Source of the DNA: the human T2T-CHM13v2.0 reference genome, Homo sapiens
Assembly (NCBI RefSeq): GCF_009914755.1
Contig: NC_060927.1
Length of the DNA: 64,000 nucleotides
Strand: one strand, 5' to 3'
Positions 1 through 14,653 of this stretch are shown here, in pieces; the first letter of the stretch is position 1, and every line of letters starts with the position of its first letter. A program made the position numbers and the translations under genes. Below the pieces are notes generated by a model. That model was not told the origin of the DNA. It worked only from the letters and a program-made list of their open reading frames with translations, and made no database searches.

Positions 1-128
1 ATCCTAATTTTAGTTCAGCAAGACCCATTTCTGCCATCTGACCTTCAGAACTGTAAGATACTAAGTTTGTGTTGTTTTAAGCTACTAAATTATAGTAACT
101 TGTTATAGAAGCAATGGGAAACATACAT
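1..128 (+). mobile_element. MLT1-family (ERVL-MaLR) LTR 3' end
   Basis: ccttcagaactgtaaga...tgttgttttaagctac...ttgttatagaagcaatgggaaac matches the MaLR LTR terminus. Confidence 0.7.
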
Positions 129-389
129 CAATTATTCCTCTGGATATTAGTTGCTTCAGCTCTAAAATGGGGACACAAAATGTTTTCTGCCTGAAGGCTG
201 AGAACTGGACCATGTGACTTTTGGCATTCCTTCAAGTTCTAGATTTCATGAGAGAGAAAATCGACCTGAAAATGCATTAAATGTTTAAAAACATAGGGAA
301 GAAAGAAATATACAATTATTTAATGTCTGTGTATGTCATTTAATTCTTACAACCACCTGAGAGAGATTTTATAATTATTATTTTCTTTT

Positions 390-510
390 AGTCATTCAAG
401 TATTTGAGTGCCTATATGTGCCAGATGGTGTTCTAGGTGTTAGAAATAAAGCAGTGAACAAGACCAATAAAAATCTCCTGTCTTTTTGAAGCTTATCTTT
501 AGGGAGACAG
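390..510 (-). mobile_element. L2 3' fragment
   Basis: tcattcaagtatttgagtgcctatatgtgccag...ctaggtg...gcagtgaacaagac is the reverse of the L2 3' end. Confidence 0.65.
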
Positions 511-1134
511 ATGAGAAACCATAAGCATAATTGCTAAGTGAATCATCAGCTAGGTTGGCAATTGATAGCTGGGATGGAAGAAAATTAGAGCAGGTTGATG
601 GGAGCATGTTACTGACTAGGATTGCAGGAGCTCAGAGGGTGAGCAGTTTGCTCAAGACCACAGCACCAGGAGGTAGTGGAGTGGGGATGAAACCCAAAAT
701 CTGTTGGAATCCAGAGGCCTGGTCTGATCCTTTTCTCAGGCTAGTAGAAGGCTCTGCCTGACTTTGCCTATTTGGATTCCCCCACTTTACTGAGGGAGAG
801 GAGTCCCCACTGCCAGCTGTTGTTAGGACAATTGCTATCATCCTGGGTTTCATATTTTTAGCTCCTTTCCCATCTCTCTAATAAGTAAATGCCAGAGGGC
901 TAGGGCTAGGCTGATGCTGGGAATGAGACGAGGAACACAGACGGCACAGGTCGCTTCATGAGTTCCAGAGGCTTGTACAGGAGACACATGGGCCGGCCAC
1001 TGTTTCCTGTCTCTCTGAGGGAGCTGCAACTCCAGCCTTTCATCTCACAACTCAAGTTGCTTTTGCTGCAGCTGAGGCCTGAATGTGCATTTGTAACTCT
1101 GGGGAAAAGGGTGTTCAGTTATCAACAATTACTA

Positions 1135-1214
1135 TTAGGTTGGTGCAAAAGTAACTGCAGATTTTGCCACTACAAGTAACTGTAAAAACTGCAATTACTT
1201 TTGCGCCTACCTGA
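1135..1214. mobile_element. MADE1 (Hsmar1-derived mariner MITE), 80 bp, TA target duplications
   Basis: ta-ttaggttggtgcaaaagtaac...gcaattacttttgcgcctacctga-ta. Palindromic and 80 bp long. Confidence 0.9.
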
Positions 1215-1547
1215 TATTTTTATGTTGCATGGCCTTTTCCTGGCAGTTTGATGTTTATCATTTCCTGTCATTGAGGAATGTGTTTTTCTAGGACAGTATG
1301 AAGGCTTTCAGGATCTTTAGAGGGAAGCTCTAAAATGTGCTTCTCTCTCCATTAGGTTGGCTCATCAGTCAGATTCTGATTTGAAAATGAAGGGTGCTTG
1401 GCAGTAAGAATAGTGGAAGTAAATTTTCAATATTATACATTAACAAGTCATAACTAATAACTTTTATGGGTTCTTCCCATCTCAGATTTCAGAGAATATT
1501 TTTGGGTTGTGTTCTATTGATGAGGGCTTAAAGAAATGCCTTGTTCT

Positions 1548-1912
<365 letters not shown>

Positions 1913-2764
1913 TTAGTTTCTGCTTACTGCTACTTCTACACAAGGTCAAGAGAAAGCCTGGCTTCAGAAGAATTACATAGTCAACCCCTGGGGCTAGCTA
2001 GCTGCAGAAGAACTTGAACTTTTGGTTAATTAATGGAGGCTGGGCCATAGCTGGCAAAGCGGGATGTGCCCATGCCTGGGTGTTGAGAGACTGGGTCTTG
2101 ACATGGCTCTGCAACTGTCCATGTCATCTTGGAAGATCTTTCTGAGTTGGGACAGCTGAGAAACTTCATGCCATTTGACAGTTTTCTTGAGGTCATGAGC
2201 AAATTAACCAATCAAGGAAGTAAATAAGTAAGTTTTGGTGGAACAAATTTGTATGTTATTGGTGTGCCTTTTTTTTTTTAATACCATAGGTGTGTTCCTG
2301 ATGAAAAGGGTGTGAATAAATGGAATTTAAAATAGTTTTCCAATGAATGGAATCTTTCACATGTTAATATATCAGGGTCTTCTGCAGTGACAGCTTTGCC
2401 TGAATTTCATTTTTCACATTAGCTTAAAAATATTTTAAAGTAAAACATGTTAATTTTGAAACATATAGGAACCAGATAAAGGCAATATGTTTTTTATAAA
2501 ATGGAATCATATCCTATCATTGGACTTTTGGCTGTTTTCCTCTTTTAACCACTATAAACCATGTTGCATTGAGCATCTTGGGGTAGCAAAATCACAGATT
2601 CCTGATTATTTCTTTAGAATAAACTCTTAGCCTTGAAATTGCTGCATTGAAGCATATACAGGATTTTTTTTATATGAGTCGCAAAGTTATTTGCTTTGCT
2701 TTTGCTTTTTGAAAGAGATAAAAGCTTAGACATCTTGACATTAAAAAAAACAAAAGGGTTAATA

Positions 2765-2945
2765 GCCCAGACTTTAAAGTCAGACATACCTGAATTTGAG
2801 TCCTGGCTCCACCATAACAAGCTGTGAGACCCTGACAATTTACTTCCCATCTCTAAGCCTCAGTTTTCTCATTTATAAAATGGGCATAATATCCTTAAAC
2901 TCACTGTGAGCATTAATTGAATGACACGATATAAGTAAAACACCA
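2765..2945 (+). mobile_element. MIR
   Basis: MIR core: gctgtgagaccctgacaatttac...gcctcagttttctcatttataaaatggg. Confidence 0.75.
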
Positions 2946-3724
2946 TACCGTACATGAATTCTCTATATGGGAATTCTTACTAATTTGTACCTGAACCTCT
3001 CCTTATTCACTAGAAGAGTGTGAAAACTTAGTTTCCTCTCTGCTCCACCCACGGCTTTCTAGCAGTCACTGTAGGCCCAAGGAAACCCACCACCATCTTG
3101 GTGCACTGTAACCAGGGTTGAGGTGTCTGTCCTAATTTTGAAAGCCTGCCTTCAGACATTTATATGTTCAGACAAACTAATCAGGCTGAAATTTCTCATG
3201 CTTATTTGCAGCTAGATGAAGCAATCCATTTAGTTGCTTTGGAATTACCCAAGCATGGAAGAAATTGGTTTCTCAGCCTTGAGATATTCTGCAGATACTG
3301 AAGTACAGATGGCACCAGGGCCAGCTTGGTAAAACCAGAAACAAGGGGCCTGAGTTTGGCCCTTTGTCAGGGCCTCTGTCCTTGGGAACTGGTGGTTCCA
3401 CCTGGACCCCAACATAAGCCTCAGCTTTTCATTTGGCCAGCATGTATCATGAAGTTACTTCTTATTTCACCCTTTGGGGGACTCTCAGCTGCTCAGAGCT
3501 TTTGTGTTTTCTCTTTTCAGCTTCCTCCTCAATTGATACGGATGAAGTATTTGCTGAATCTGTTTCTCTTTCCTGAATCAGAGGCCCAGAGGCATTCATA
3601 TAGTTGCTTTCTGGTAAAACCTTGCTGATCTGGTATTTGGGCTGTCATTAGGCTGTAGTACAAAAAGACGAGGTGAATTTTGGGACTCCAGATTTCAGAG
3701 TGTATAATATCTCTTGTAGTTAAT

Positions 3725-3850
3725 ATTCACAACCCATGAGATAGGAACAGACAGGGAAACTGAGATACCAAAAGTAATGTGCCCAAAGACGTGCAGCTAG
3801 TAAATGGCAGAACTGGGATTTGAATTCTTGCTGACTATGGTTCCATTTCA
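3725..3850 (-). mobile_element. MIR
   Basis: Reverse MIR core: gggaaactgag...gcccaaag...cagctagtaaatggcagaactgggatttgaa. Confidence 0.7.
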
Positions 3851-4714
3851 ACTATTACTCAATACCACCTTTTAATCTGCTTATTATAATGTATTTCATA
3901 ACTTTCTATGCTGTGGTATTGATCATTCATTCATCAGTTACACAATTATTGCATGGAAGGATACAAAGAGAAAAAGATATGGCAATGTGGTCCTTGTTCT
4001 TAGGGAATTTTCATAAGGTATTAACAGGAGAAGCAACAAGATAACTATAGATCATAATATAAAAATACCTCCCCTCTTTGTTAGATAGCTTTAACCCCCC
4101 TGTTCGCTGAAGGACTTGGTTCTGAATGATTGAAACAGATAATCCTCCGTGATTCCCGTACATGTCCTCTGTGCCCACCTCCCACTCCAGCGGTGAGTCC
4201 ATTGTGTTTTTCCTTTATTGGCAACCCTAACGTGTTGGGGCACCCTCTCTAACTCCACAGTACGTTGTAAGTTTGGTGTTAGGAGAGAAATGATCTCAGG
4301 CCTGCACAGCACACTCTTTTTCTGTTCCCTGCCTTTTAAGGTCATGCCCTCTTGTCATGAATATAAGAATGCCTGTGCCCCCTTCGGAGACCGGTGCCAC
4401 TTTCAGGCTGTGTGCATGCTCACTGCCCCTCCATCCTCCTTGAGAACCATCGATGTGCACAGAGGGTTGTACTGTTTCTCTGTACATCCCATCAGCATGG
4501 CTTACTCAAGCTTTGCTTCCTGTCATATGTACTAAGGTTTTCAATGTGAAAATATGAAATTACATTCTCATACTAAATAGGCTCCTTTAATCCACACTCC
4601 TCTCTGAGAACCAATCCACTTTACCAAGATCTACCCCTCTTGGGGCTGTGCTCCCTGGTTAAGAACAGCTGGTTTAGTAGCAAGGGAGAAGGCAGGAGAT
4701 GATTTAAAACAGAC

Positions 4715-4765
4715 CCTGGGATTCTAAAAGTCCTGGGATTTTATAATTCCTGGGATTCTAAAATT
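4715..4765. repeat. 17-bp tandem repeat, 3 copies
   Basis: cctgggattctaaaagt / cctgggattttataatt / cctgggattctaaaatt. Confidence 0.8.
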
Positions 4766-4950
4766 AGCTGGGAAGATTTTGAGTAGCGGAAAAGAGCCTG
4801 CCAACTTTAGCCATCCTGGATAATACCATTCTGTTTTAGCTTGATCACTAATTTTTCTGACCCCATGTAGAAAACGTATGTAAATCATGGTGGTGGTAGC
4901 AGCAGTAGTAGTAACAACAATAATGATAATAATCATGGCAGTAGCTCCCC

Positions 4951-5263
4951 TTTTTTTATTTTTTATTTTTTGAGACGGAGTCTCACTCTGTCACCCAGGC
5001 TAGAGTGCAGAGGCACGATCTCAGCTTGTCTTGGCTCACTGCAACCTCCACCTCCTGGGTCCAAGCGATTCCCCTGCCTCAGCTTCTAGAGTAGCTGGGA
5101 TTACAGGTGCCCGCTACCATGTCTGGCTAGTTTTTGTATTTTTAGTAGGGACGGGGTTTCACCAGGTTGGCCAGGCTGGTCTTGAACTCCTGACCTCAGG
5201 TAATCGGCCCGCCTCAGCCTCCCAAAGTGCTGGGATTACAGGCACGAGCCACCACACCCAGCC
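4951..5263 (-). mobile_element. Alu (AluS-type)
   Basis: Poly-T, then gagacggagtctcactctg...ccacacccagcc. Confidence 0.95.
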
Positions 5264-5269
5264 TGTGTT

Positions 5270-6195
5270 AGATTAGTGTTAGAGTCACCTTATTGATCTG
5301 TCAACACTAGGTCTTATTTCTTCAATCTATTTGTACCCATTAAGAAGCCTTTCCTCATTCTCCCCTCTCCTCACCCTTCCTGGTCTCTGATAACTACCAT
5401 TCTACTCTCTATCTTCATGAGAGCCACTTTTTTAGCTCCTACATATAAGTGAGAATGTGATATTTGTCATTCTGTGCTTGGCTTATTTCAGTTAACATAA
5501 TGACCCTGGTTCCATCCAAGTGGCTGCAAGTGACAGGGTTTCATTCTTTTTATGGCAGCATAATATTCCATTGTGTATATATGCCACACTTTCATTATCT
5601 CTTCATCCATTGATGGGCACTTAACTTGATTCTGTATTTGACTCTTGTGAATAATGCTGCAATAAACATGGGAATTTAGATATCTCTTTGATATATTGAT
5701 TTCCTTTCTGTTGGCTGTATACTCAGTTGTGGAATTGCTGGATCATATGATAGTTCTATTTTTAGTTTTTTGGGGAACCCCCATACAGTTTTCCATAGTG
5801 CTGTATTAATTTATATGCCCACTAACAGTGTGTGAGGGTTCCCCTTTCTCCATATCCTTACCAGCATCTGTTATTCCCTGTATTTTTGATAAAAGTCATT
5901 TTAACTGGGGTGAGGTGGTATCTCATGGTTTTGATTTGCATTTCTCTGATGATTAGTGATGCTGAGCATTTCTTCATATAACCTGTTGGCCGTTTGTCTT
6001 CTTTTGAGAAACATCTATACAGATCTTTTGCCCATTTTTTAAATTGGGCTTTTTTTTCCCCCTATTGAGTTGTCTGAGCTCCTTATATATTCTGGTTATT
6101 AATCCCTTGTCAGATGGATACTTTGCAAATGTTTTCTCCCATTCTGTGCATTACCTATTCACTTTGTTGACTGTTTCCTTTGCCGTGCAGTGGTG
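5270..6195 (-). mobile_element. L1 (L1MA-like) 3' fragment
   Basis: Antisense L1 3' UTR and ORF2 end: acatataagtgagaatgtga, ttttgatttgcatttctctgatgattagtgatg. Confidence 0.85.
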
Positions 6196-6534
6196 CAGCT
6201 TTGCTGAGCTATTTCTCTCCAGCGGACGAAGTTGTCCCTCTTGGAGAGTGAGATGCAGTTGCGTCACAGGATGTTGTCATATGCTGGGCATGTGGCACAG
6301 GTGAGGTCCCTAGAGCCGTGAAGGCCAGGAGGGCTGGTTGGGAAGCATAGACCTACATAGCATGAAACTGTGCTCTTCATTTTGGTTTTGCATCTGCGGC
6401 TTTCTGAGAGACCTGAGCTGACACATGGAACAGATATGGTTCTCCCTTGAGAAATTGTTCCAAATATTTTGATGTACTTCAGCCAGTCACTGAAACTCTT
6501 TAGAGTGGGAATAATGCTCATGCTTGCCTTGAAC

Positions 6535-6770
6535 AGCAGTGGCACAGAGTGATTGAAAGCCTGAGCTTTGAAGCCAGACTGCTGGGGTTTGAATCGCACC
6601 TCGGATATTAACTGCTTTACCTTGGGCAAGTTTTGTAACCTCTTTGTGCCTCGGATTTCTCATCTGTAAAATGAGACATAATAAGAAATGTACCCCTTGG
6701 GGTTGTTGTGAGAATGAAATGACTTTCTACCTTTAAAGCACGTAGAACAGTTCCTGGGACCTAGTATATA
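6535..6770 (+). mobile_element. MIR
   Basis: gccagactgctggggtttgaatc...ccttgggcaag...tttctcatctgtaaaatg. Confidence 0.8.
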
Positions 6771-9700
6771 TAGATGGTATTACACTGTGAAATCATTTGA
6801 TTCTCTAAATCAAATGAGAATGCTTCATAAATTGCAAAATACCACTCAGTACTCTTAGCGACAGAGGGAGAAAAAATGGAATATTGTGTTGGAAGCTATA
6901 GTTTATAATCCCACTTCATGTGGCAGCAATAAAACTGGCAAGTTATTGATGGGGAGCCCACAAACATGACAGGCTCCCCAGAACAATGATGCCTCATCTG
7001 TGCATGAATACCCCTGGGGAACTTCAAAATCCATATCCTATGGTTGATTTCCAGATTCACTGAATTAGAATTTTGCAGGGATACGGGGTACTCAGGAAGG
7101 TTTTGTTTATTTTTTACAGAAAGATTTCCAGGTAATCCTAATGCAGCTGATGTATGGACTGGTGTTTGGTAACTTCTGACCTGGATGCTCTAACAGTTGG
7201 TTATATTTAATGGGATGCAGGAAGATTTAGTAGAGGGCCTGACAGCAGGTATCTACATTTACATAAATTTTCATTAGGTAATGCGGATGGAGCAACACAG
7301 GCAGATTTGTCTGGAGGAAATTCTAGACATCTAAAGACACCTAAATCCTGGGGCTGAGAGTATGGCTCTATTTCTTATTGAGGTCAGTTTTCACTGGCTG
7401 ACTGATTCCCTTACCATGAAGCACAAGGTTGATGGGTACTCTTAATTGTGTGAAAAGTGGGAAGTGGGAATAGTTGCAAAGGGAGTTGGAAGTAGGCAGT
7501 TTTGAATCCTGGCTTGCCTGCTGCATACTGGATGGAAGCTGCAGATGGAGGAAACAGTGCAGAAGACTCACTGAGCAGGCATTTGGATGACTGGCCAGCA
7601 GATGGGGAGTGGAGCTCAGTAGATAGCCATTCTGCACTCTTCAGGAGAGAAGAACAACCTGGGGCCATGTGTTCAATAAAGAGATGGGGCTGGCACATTG
7701 TTGAGGAGGAGAAGGAGGATTTCAAATGGAGGGCTTTTTGAAGAAGGCATTGAACACCTCCCCACCCACCCCTGCCCTGCACTTCTCCCTGTAGCTCAGA
7801 AACCTTTTAATAGCCATGGGACCAACATCTAGCAGCTGGCTTGGTTTTGCTGGTCCTTGCTTTAAAATGGGGATACATATCCCTGCTTTACAGACCTGCT
7901 GTGGAGTTGGATGAAATGGTGGATATGAAAGTGCCTTAACTGTAAAGTGCTGTACATACTTACAGAAGCATTGGCTACCATGTGGAGATGGCGTGCCCCT
8001 TGGTATTAGTAGGAGGGGACAGACTCTGACCCTCTACCAGGGGTAAAGCCCCAAATCTAAAGATCTAGAAACATTAGCACCTTCATTTCAAGGTCTGATA
8101 TGTAAGAGGATGGACATTCCTAAGATTTATTGTGGGCAGAGTAGCATGCTCACCCCTGATGGTGACAGTATCCGTAGTGGGTTCTCACTGTGGGCTGTTG
8201 CATTTAGGCCACTGGTTATGCCTGCTTCCCAGAGCTCACATGTAACTCCATTCCTTTCTCCTCTACTCAAGAAGGTGCACTTATGTGTGTATGAAACAGG
8301 GACATTATTAAAAAGGTAACCTGAATCTACCTAATTAAAAGCACAATAAATTCAATAGGTTATTCAGATTTCCATACTGTACTGTTAGAAATAAATGACA
8401 TTCACACACTGCATAGCAGTTGTGAAGGTGAGAACCGCGACTGTGGGTAGGGAGATCCTCCAGACATCAGCAATTCCCATGTAGTGTGAGACCACCGTGG
8501 AGGGCTCCTTTGTGTGTCTGGCACCGTGGGAAGTTCTTAGGGGGACAAATGAGGTATCATTTTCTGGCCCCTCAAAGTACTTTCATCTTTCCAGGAATGT
8601 GTAATTATGTGCCCAAATGAGTGGAAGGCTCCTAGGTTCTGTAGTTGTTCAGAGAAAGAAGGGACTCGAACTAATTGAAGTGATTGAATGAGCAGCACAC
8701 TGAAAGCTAGCTGTCAAATCTGTAATTATAACTTCTGTGCAGTGCATTTGACATTTTACAGCATTTCTATAAGGATAATGAATTCTGATGCCTTCAGAAG
8801 CCAGATAGGTAACAAAAATCAGGGAAGCAGTTAGGAAGACTACACTTGGATGGTTAGTATTGTGGTGAACCAGAATGCGTGTGGCCCACCTTTAAGACAT
8901 GGCGATCCAAAATTTAAAACAGAAGCATAGCACAGCACTTCTGATTTTCAAAGAACTTTTACGAATGTCCTGTTTCATGTTCACAGCATCCTATGATGCA
9001 GGTCTGTTCTCCCCTTCCAGAGATAAGAACACTTACCAAGATCAGTAAAGGTGGAGATAGCATGTGACCTGGAGACTGCAATGCCAGTGCTCAGAGCTGT
9101 GAGATGCTTTCCCTAGAGGCCCTGGGTCCCAGGACCAAGCCCTTGGGGAAAGAAGGTATCATGCTTTCCTGAAGTGTCTGCCCTCTCCCCAGAGCTTCCC
9201 TAGTTATTCTCTGAGCACAGCTCTGGGGAGATGGGCCTCTGGACCTGTTTGTTTCTACTGTTACCCCGTGACTTAAATGGGCCCAGGAGGCAAAGACTAG
9301 GAAACACCAAGAAGGCTGGTGTGGGAATTGAAGAAAACCATCAACTGTGTCAACAGACTGGACCCAATAATAGGAACAAAGTGCTGAAATCAGCTTTGCA
9401 GTCACATTTAGTTGGCTGACCTGTGATTTCTCAACTGTCTCTTTTTTATCTTTTAACCATCCATGTCATTTTTCACTGAAAGAAAAAGAGAAATGCAGAG
9501 ATCCAGATGGAGTCCCTTGAACCCTTGAGCCAAAGTACAGAAACCCCTGCACTGTGGCTGGATGCCCCTGAAGGAGGGAGGCCATGTCAGTTACGATTAA
9601 TGTGAGCAGCTTCTCTCATTCCAGAAATGTGACCTCTGGTTACAGCAAATGTGACAACATGAATTACCTTCAATTATGGTGAACTACGTTTAACTACATG

Positions 9701-10462
9701 ATTGCCTCCACACCTTGGTGGGAACTGGCTGCTTTGATAGCCTTGACCATGGAAGAAAAAGACAGTAGAAAAGACTTGGAAATGACAGGCACCTAGAATC
9801 TGAGTCAAGGGTACAGTGGCAGGCCAAGGGCTGTGGGCTTTCTGTATTATCAGTAAATGTGATATGTGGTTTGGGCTTTGATTCCCACCAGTGCTTGAGA
9901 AAGGGATAGTTACCCACTTTATTGAGCTAAAATTTACTTAAAACATATGCCTTTAAGTATATATTTTACAGATGGATGTTTTGATAAGTATATACACTCT
10001 GTAACTACCAACCCACTCAAGATGCAGAACACTGCTATCACCATAAGGGTCCCTTGTGCCCTATCTAGTCAGTCCTCACCCCCAATTCCTGACCCAGGCA
10101 AACACTGATCTGCTTTTTACTACTATAGATTAGATTCATCTTTTTACTATTACAAGTTATATTCACGTTTCATAAGTGAAATGATATAGAATGTAATCTT
10201 CTGTGTGCATCACAAGTTTGTCCTTTTTATGGCTGTATAGTAGTCCATTGTATGGATATACCACAATTTGTTTATCCCTGTACCTGCTGTTGGACATTAG
10301 AGTCTAAACATTGGAAACATTGTTTTGGCTATGAAAAATAACCAGGTTTTGGCTATTACAAATAAAGTGGCTATGAACATTTTATATAGGTGTTTGTGTA
10401 CACACATATATGCTTTTATTACCCTTGGGAAAAATAGCAAAGACTGCAGTTGCTGGGCCATA

Positions 10463-10910
10463 TTGTATGTAGGTGGGGTTTTGGCCCTCATTATTTTTGA
10501 TGCTCCCTGGTGATACACCTGTGAACGTATTATGTTACAGGGCAAAAGGGACTGACTGTGCAGATGGAATTAAGCTTGCTGATCAACTGACTTTAAGATA
10601 GGAAAATTACCCTGGAAGTGGGCAAGCCCAGGGTTATCACATGGACCCTTAAAATCAGAAAGGGAGGGCATAAGCCAATCAGAGAGACATGGTAGAAGGA
10701 GAGGTCAGACTTAAAGAGTGAGAACTCAACCTGCTGACTTTGAAGACAGGGAAAGGAGGCCATGAGCCAGGCATTGCTGATGTCTTCTAGAAGGTGAGAA
10801 GGACCCCCAGCTGTGACAGCAAGAGTGGGGACCTGTCTTATGTAACTAAATTCTGCCAGCAACCCGAATTAGTCTGAAAGTGGATTCTCCCCCAGAGAAT
10901 AAGAGTCCAG
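10463..10910 (+). mobile_element. MLT1D/E-like LTR (3' truncated) inserted in L1
   Basis: gttacagggcaaaagggac...gcagatggaattaagcttgctgatcaactgactttaagatagg. Confidence 0.75.
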
Positions 10911-12381
10911 ACTTATAGTTTTAGCTTTTGCATGTAGCTCTATGATTCATTTTGAGATAATTTTATATAAGGTATCTGTGAAGTAAGAGTTGAAGTTCAC
11001 TCCTTAACCTGAATATCCAGTTGTTCTAGCATCATTTGTTGAAAAACTATGCTTGTTGAATAACTTTGGCTCCTTTGTGAAATAAATTATGTATGTGTGT
11101 TTATTTCGGAACTTTCTATTCTTTCCTATTGGACTGTATGTCTCTTCATACACCAATCCCACTATGTCTTGATTAATGTAGCTTTATGGTGTATCTGGAA
11201 ATCAGGTAGTATAAGTTCTCCAGTTTTACATTAGGTTCTTTGTATTTCCATATAAATTTAATAATTGGCTTGTCAATTTCTATAAAAATAGCCCTGTTTA
11301 GATTTTGATTGGGATTACACTGAATCTATATCTCAATGTAGGGAGAATTGACATTTTAATATCAAGTCTTCTGTCCATGAACATGTATATTTCTCATAAT
11401 TTATTTAGATTTGATTTAATTTTTTTCAATAATGTTTTGTGGTTTTCAGTTTCAAATGTTTTGCATAATTTTCTAAATGCATCCCTATATCATTTGTTTC
11501 TGATGTTATTGTAAATGGTATTTATTTCAATTTTCATTTGTTTATTGCTAGGATATAGAATTAAAAGCAGCTTTTGTATATTGACTCTGTATCCCATAAC
11601 CTTGTAAACTCATTTCTTAGTTACTTTTTCGGTGAATTCATTAGGATTTTAGACATATAGATCATGTCATTTGTGAACAAAGATAGTTTTCCTTCTCCCG
11701 TTATAATCGGTAAGCCTTTAATTTCTTTTTCCTGCCTTATTACATTATTTGAAACCTCTATTACGATGTGGAATAGGAGTAGTGACAATGGAATCCTTGT
11801 CTTGTTTGTGATCTTAGGGGAAAGCACTCATTTCTTCACCGTTAAGTATGATGCTAGCTGTGGGTTTGTTGCTGATGTCCTTTATTAGGTTGAAGAAGTT
11901 TCTTTCTATTTCTATTTCTCAGGAGCTTTTACCATGAGTAGTTATGGAATTTTATAACACTCTTTTAACGTATCTATTAGAATGGTCATATGGTTTTCTT
12001 TTTTATTCCACTAATATAGTAAATAGCATTAATTGATTTTTAAATGCTAAAACCACCTTGCTTTCTTAGGATAAACATCACTTGATTGTGGTGATGGTGC
12101 CTTATCCTTTTGATATATTATTGAATTTAATTTGCTGTTATTTTGTAAGAATTTTTATGTCTGTGTACATGAGGGATATTGGTTTATAGTTTTCTTTCTT
12201 TAAATGTCTGGTATTGTTGGCTTCATAAAATAAGCTGAAAAGTGTGCCTTCTTCCTCTGCTTTCTAAGAGACTTTGTGTAGGATTAGTATTATCCCTTAA
12301 ATGTTTGACAGAATTTACCAGTGAAATGGAGTCTGGAGTTCTCTTTGTGGAAAGATTTCAAGTTAAGAATTCAAGTTATTA

Positions 12382-12716
<335 letters not shown>

Positions 12717-14349
12717 TCAGATTTTCTGTTTCTCTTCATCTGAGCTTTGGTAGCTTGTATCTTGGAAGGAATTTTCCAATTTCATCTAAGGCATCAAATT
12801 TATTGGCATAAAATTATTCATAATATTTCCTGATTATATTTTCAAAGTCTATAGGTATTCTAGTAATTGTCTTTCTTTTATTTCTGATACCAGTAATTCA
12901 TTTCCTCCTTTTCTGCGATCAGTCTAGCTGGAAATTTCTAAGAGTCGTTGATGTTGAAAAAACCACCTTTTTCTTCCCTTGATTTTTCTCTATTGTTTGC
13001 CTATTTTCAGTTTCATTTACTTTTGCGCTTGCCGTTGTTTTTTCCTTCTTTCTACTATTTTGGATTTAATTTGGTAATCTTTTCTGTGGTAGAAGGTTGC
13101 ACAATTGATTCTAGATCTTTTCTAATATCGGAATATTGGCTATACATTTCCCTCTAAGTACTGAGTTACCTATGCTCAGTTTTTTTGGTATGTTGCATAT
13201 TATTTCACTCAAATGTTGAAAATATTTTATTTATCTTCTTTGACCCTTGGATTATTTAGAAATGTGTTTGTAAATTTCTACATATTTGGGTTTTGACCAA
13301 CATCAAAAGGTCAATCATTGACTTTTAATTCCATTATGATCAGGGAATGTTCTTTGTATTCTTTTAAACATTTTCAATGTATTAATGCTTGTTTTGTGGC
13401 CCAGCATATTGTCTATCTTGGTAGATATTCCATATTAACTGGAAAATCATGTTTATTGGGCTGTTAATGGGTAGAATGTTTTATAAATGCCAGGTTCTAT
13501 AAATTTAACCAAGCTGATTGATAGTGCTATTCTTTTGTATACATACTGATTTTCTTTCTACTTGTTTTATCAGTTATGAGAGAGGAATGTTGAAGTTCCC
13601 AACTATACTTGTGGATTGATTTATCTTTTCAGTTGTGTCAGTTTTTGCCTCATATATTTTGAAGCTTTGCTCCTGGATGAATTCACATTTAGGGTTGTTA
13701 TGTTTCCTTGATGAACTGATGACTTTATCATTATGAAATGTTCCTCTTTCTCCCTGTTGATGTTCTTTGTTCTGAAATTTATTTTGTCCAATATTAAGGT
13801 ACACCTACCTTGGAAAGACCAGTTTTAGTTGGGCTTTATTGTTCACTATGACAACTCTGTCTTCCAGTTGAAGTGTTTGTGTCATTTATGTTTGGGTTTT
13901 AAGTCTACCATCTTGGTACTTATTTTCTATTTTTTCCATCTATTTGTTGTTCCTTTTCCCCTTTTTCTGCCTTCTTTTAGTATAATTGAATATTCTTTGA
14001 CATTCCATTTTATTTCTACTCTTGCCACATAAGCTATATCTATTTTATATGTGTCTTCTCTGTATACGTGTATTTACCATTTATAGGGCTCTTCATTTCT
14101 TTGCATAGATTCACATTTCCATTTGGTGTCATTTTCCTTCCATTTGAGGACTTTGCTTTAACTTTTCTGTAGTGTATTTCTGTTGGCAGTGAATCCTCTC
14201 AGCTTTTGTTTGTTGAATAAACTTCATTTTACTCTCATTTGGGAAGATATTTTCACTGGATATAGAATTTTGGATTGACAGTTTTTCTTGCAGCACTTTA
14301 AAGATGCCATTCTATCGTCTTCTGGCTTGCAAAGTCAGAACTTTCTTTT

Positions 14350-14653
14350 GGCCAGGAACTGTGGCTCATGCCTGCAATCCCAGCACTTTAGGAGGCTGAG
14401 GTAGGAGGATTGCTTGAGGCTAGGAGCTCAAGACCAGCCTAGCACAGGCAACGTAGCAAGACCCCATCTCAACAAAAAGTTTAAAAAATTGGCTGGGGAT
14501 GGTGGCATGTGCCTGTAATACCAGATGCTCTGGAGGCTGAAGCAGGAGGATTGCTTAAGTCCAGGAGTTGGAGGCTGCAGTTGAGTCATGATTGCACCAC
14601 TGCACTCCAGCCTGGGCAACAGAGATTGAGACCTTGTCTCAAAACAAAACAAA
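14350..14653 (+). mobile_element. AluJ
   Basis: AluJ diagnostics ggaggattgcttgag and ggaggctgcag, with an (AAAAC)n tail. Confidence 0.9.

Noticed and set aside
896-912. Telomere-like agggctagggctagg
   Set aside because: Only about 2.5 variant units, so probably chance.
7100-7138. Recursive splice-like ccag|gtaatc
   Set aside because: It lies in a probable MER5-type repeat, and other AGs interrupt the pyrimidine tract.
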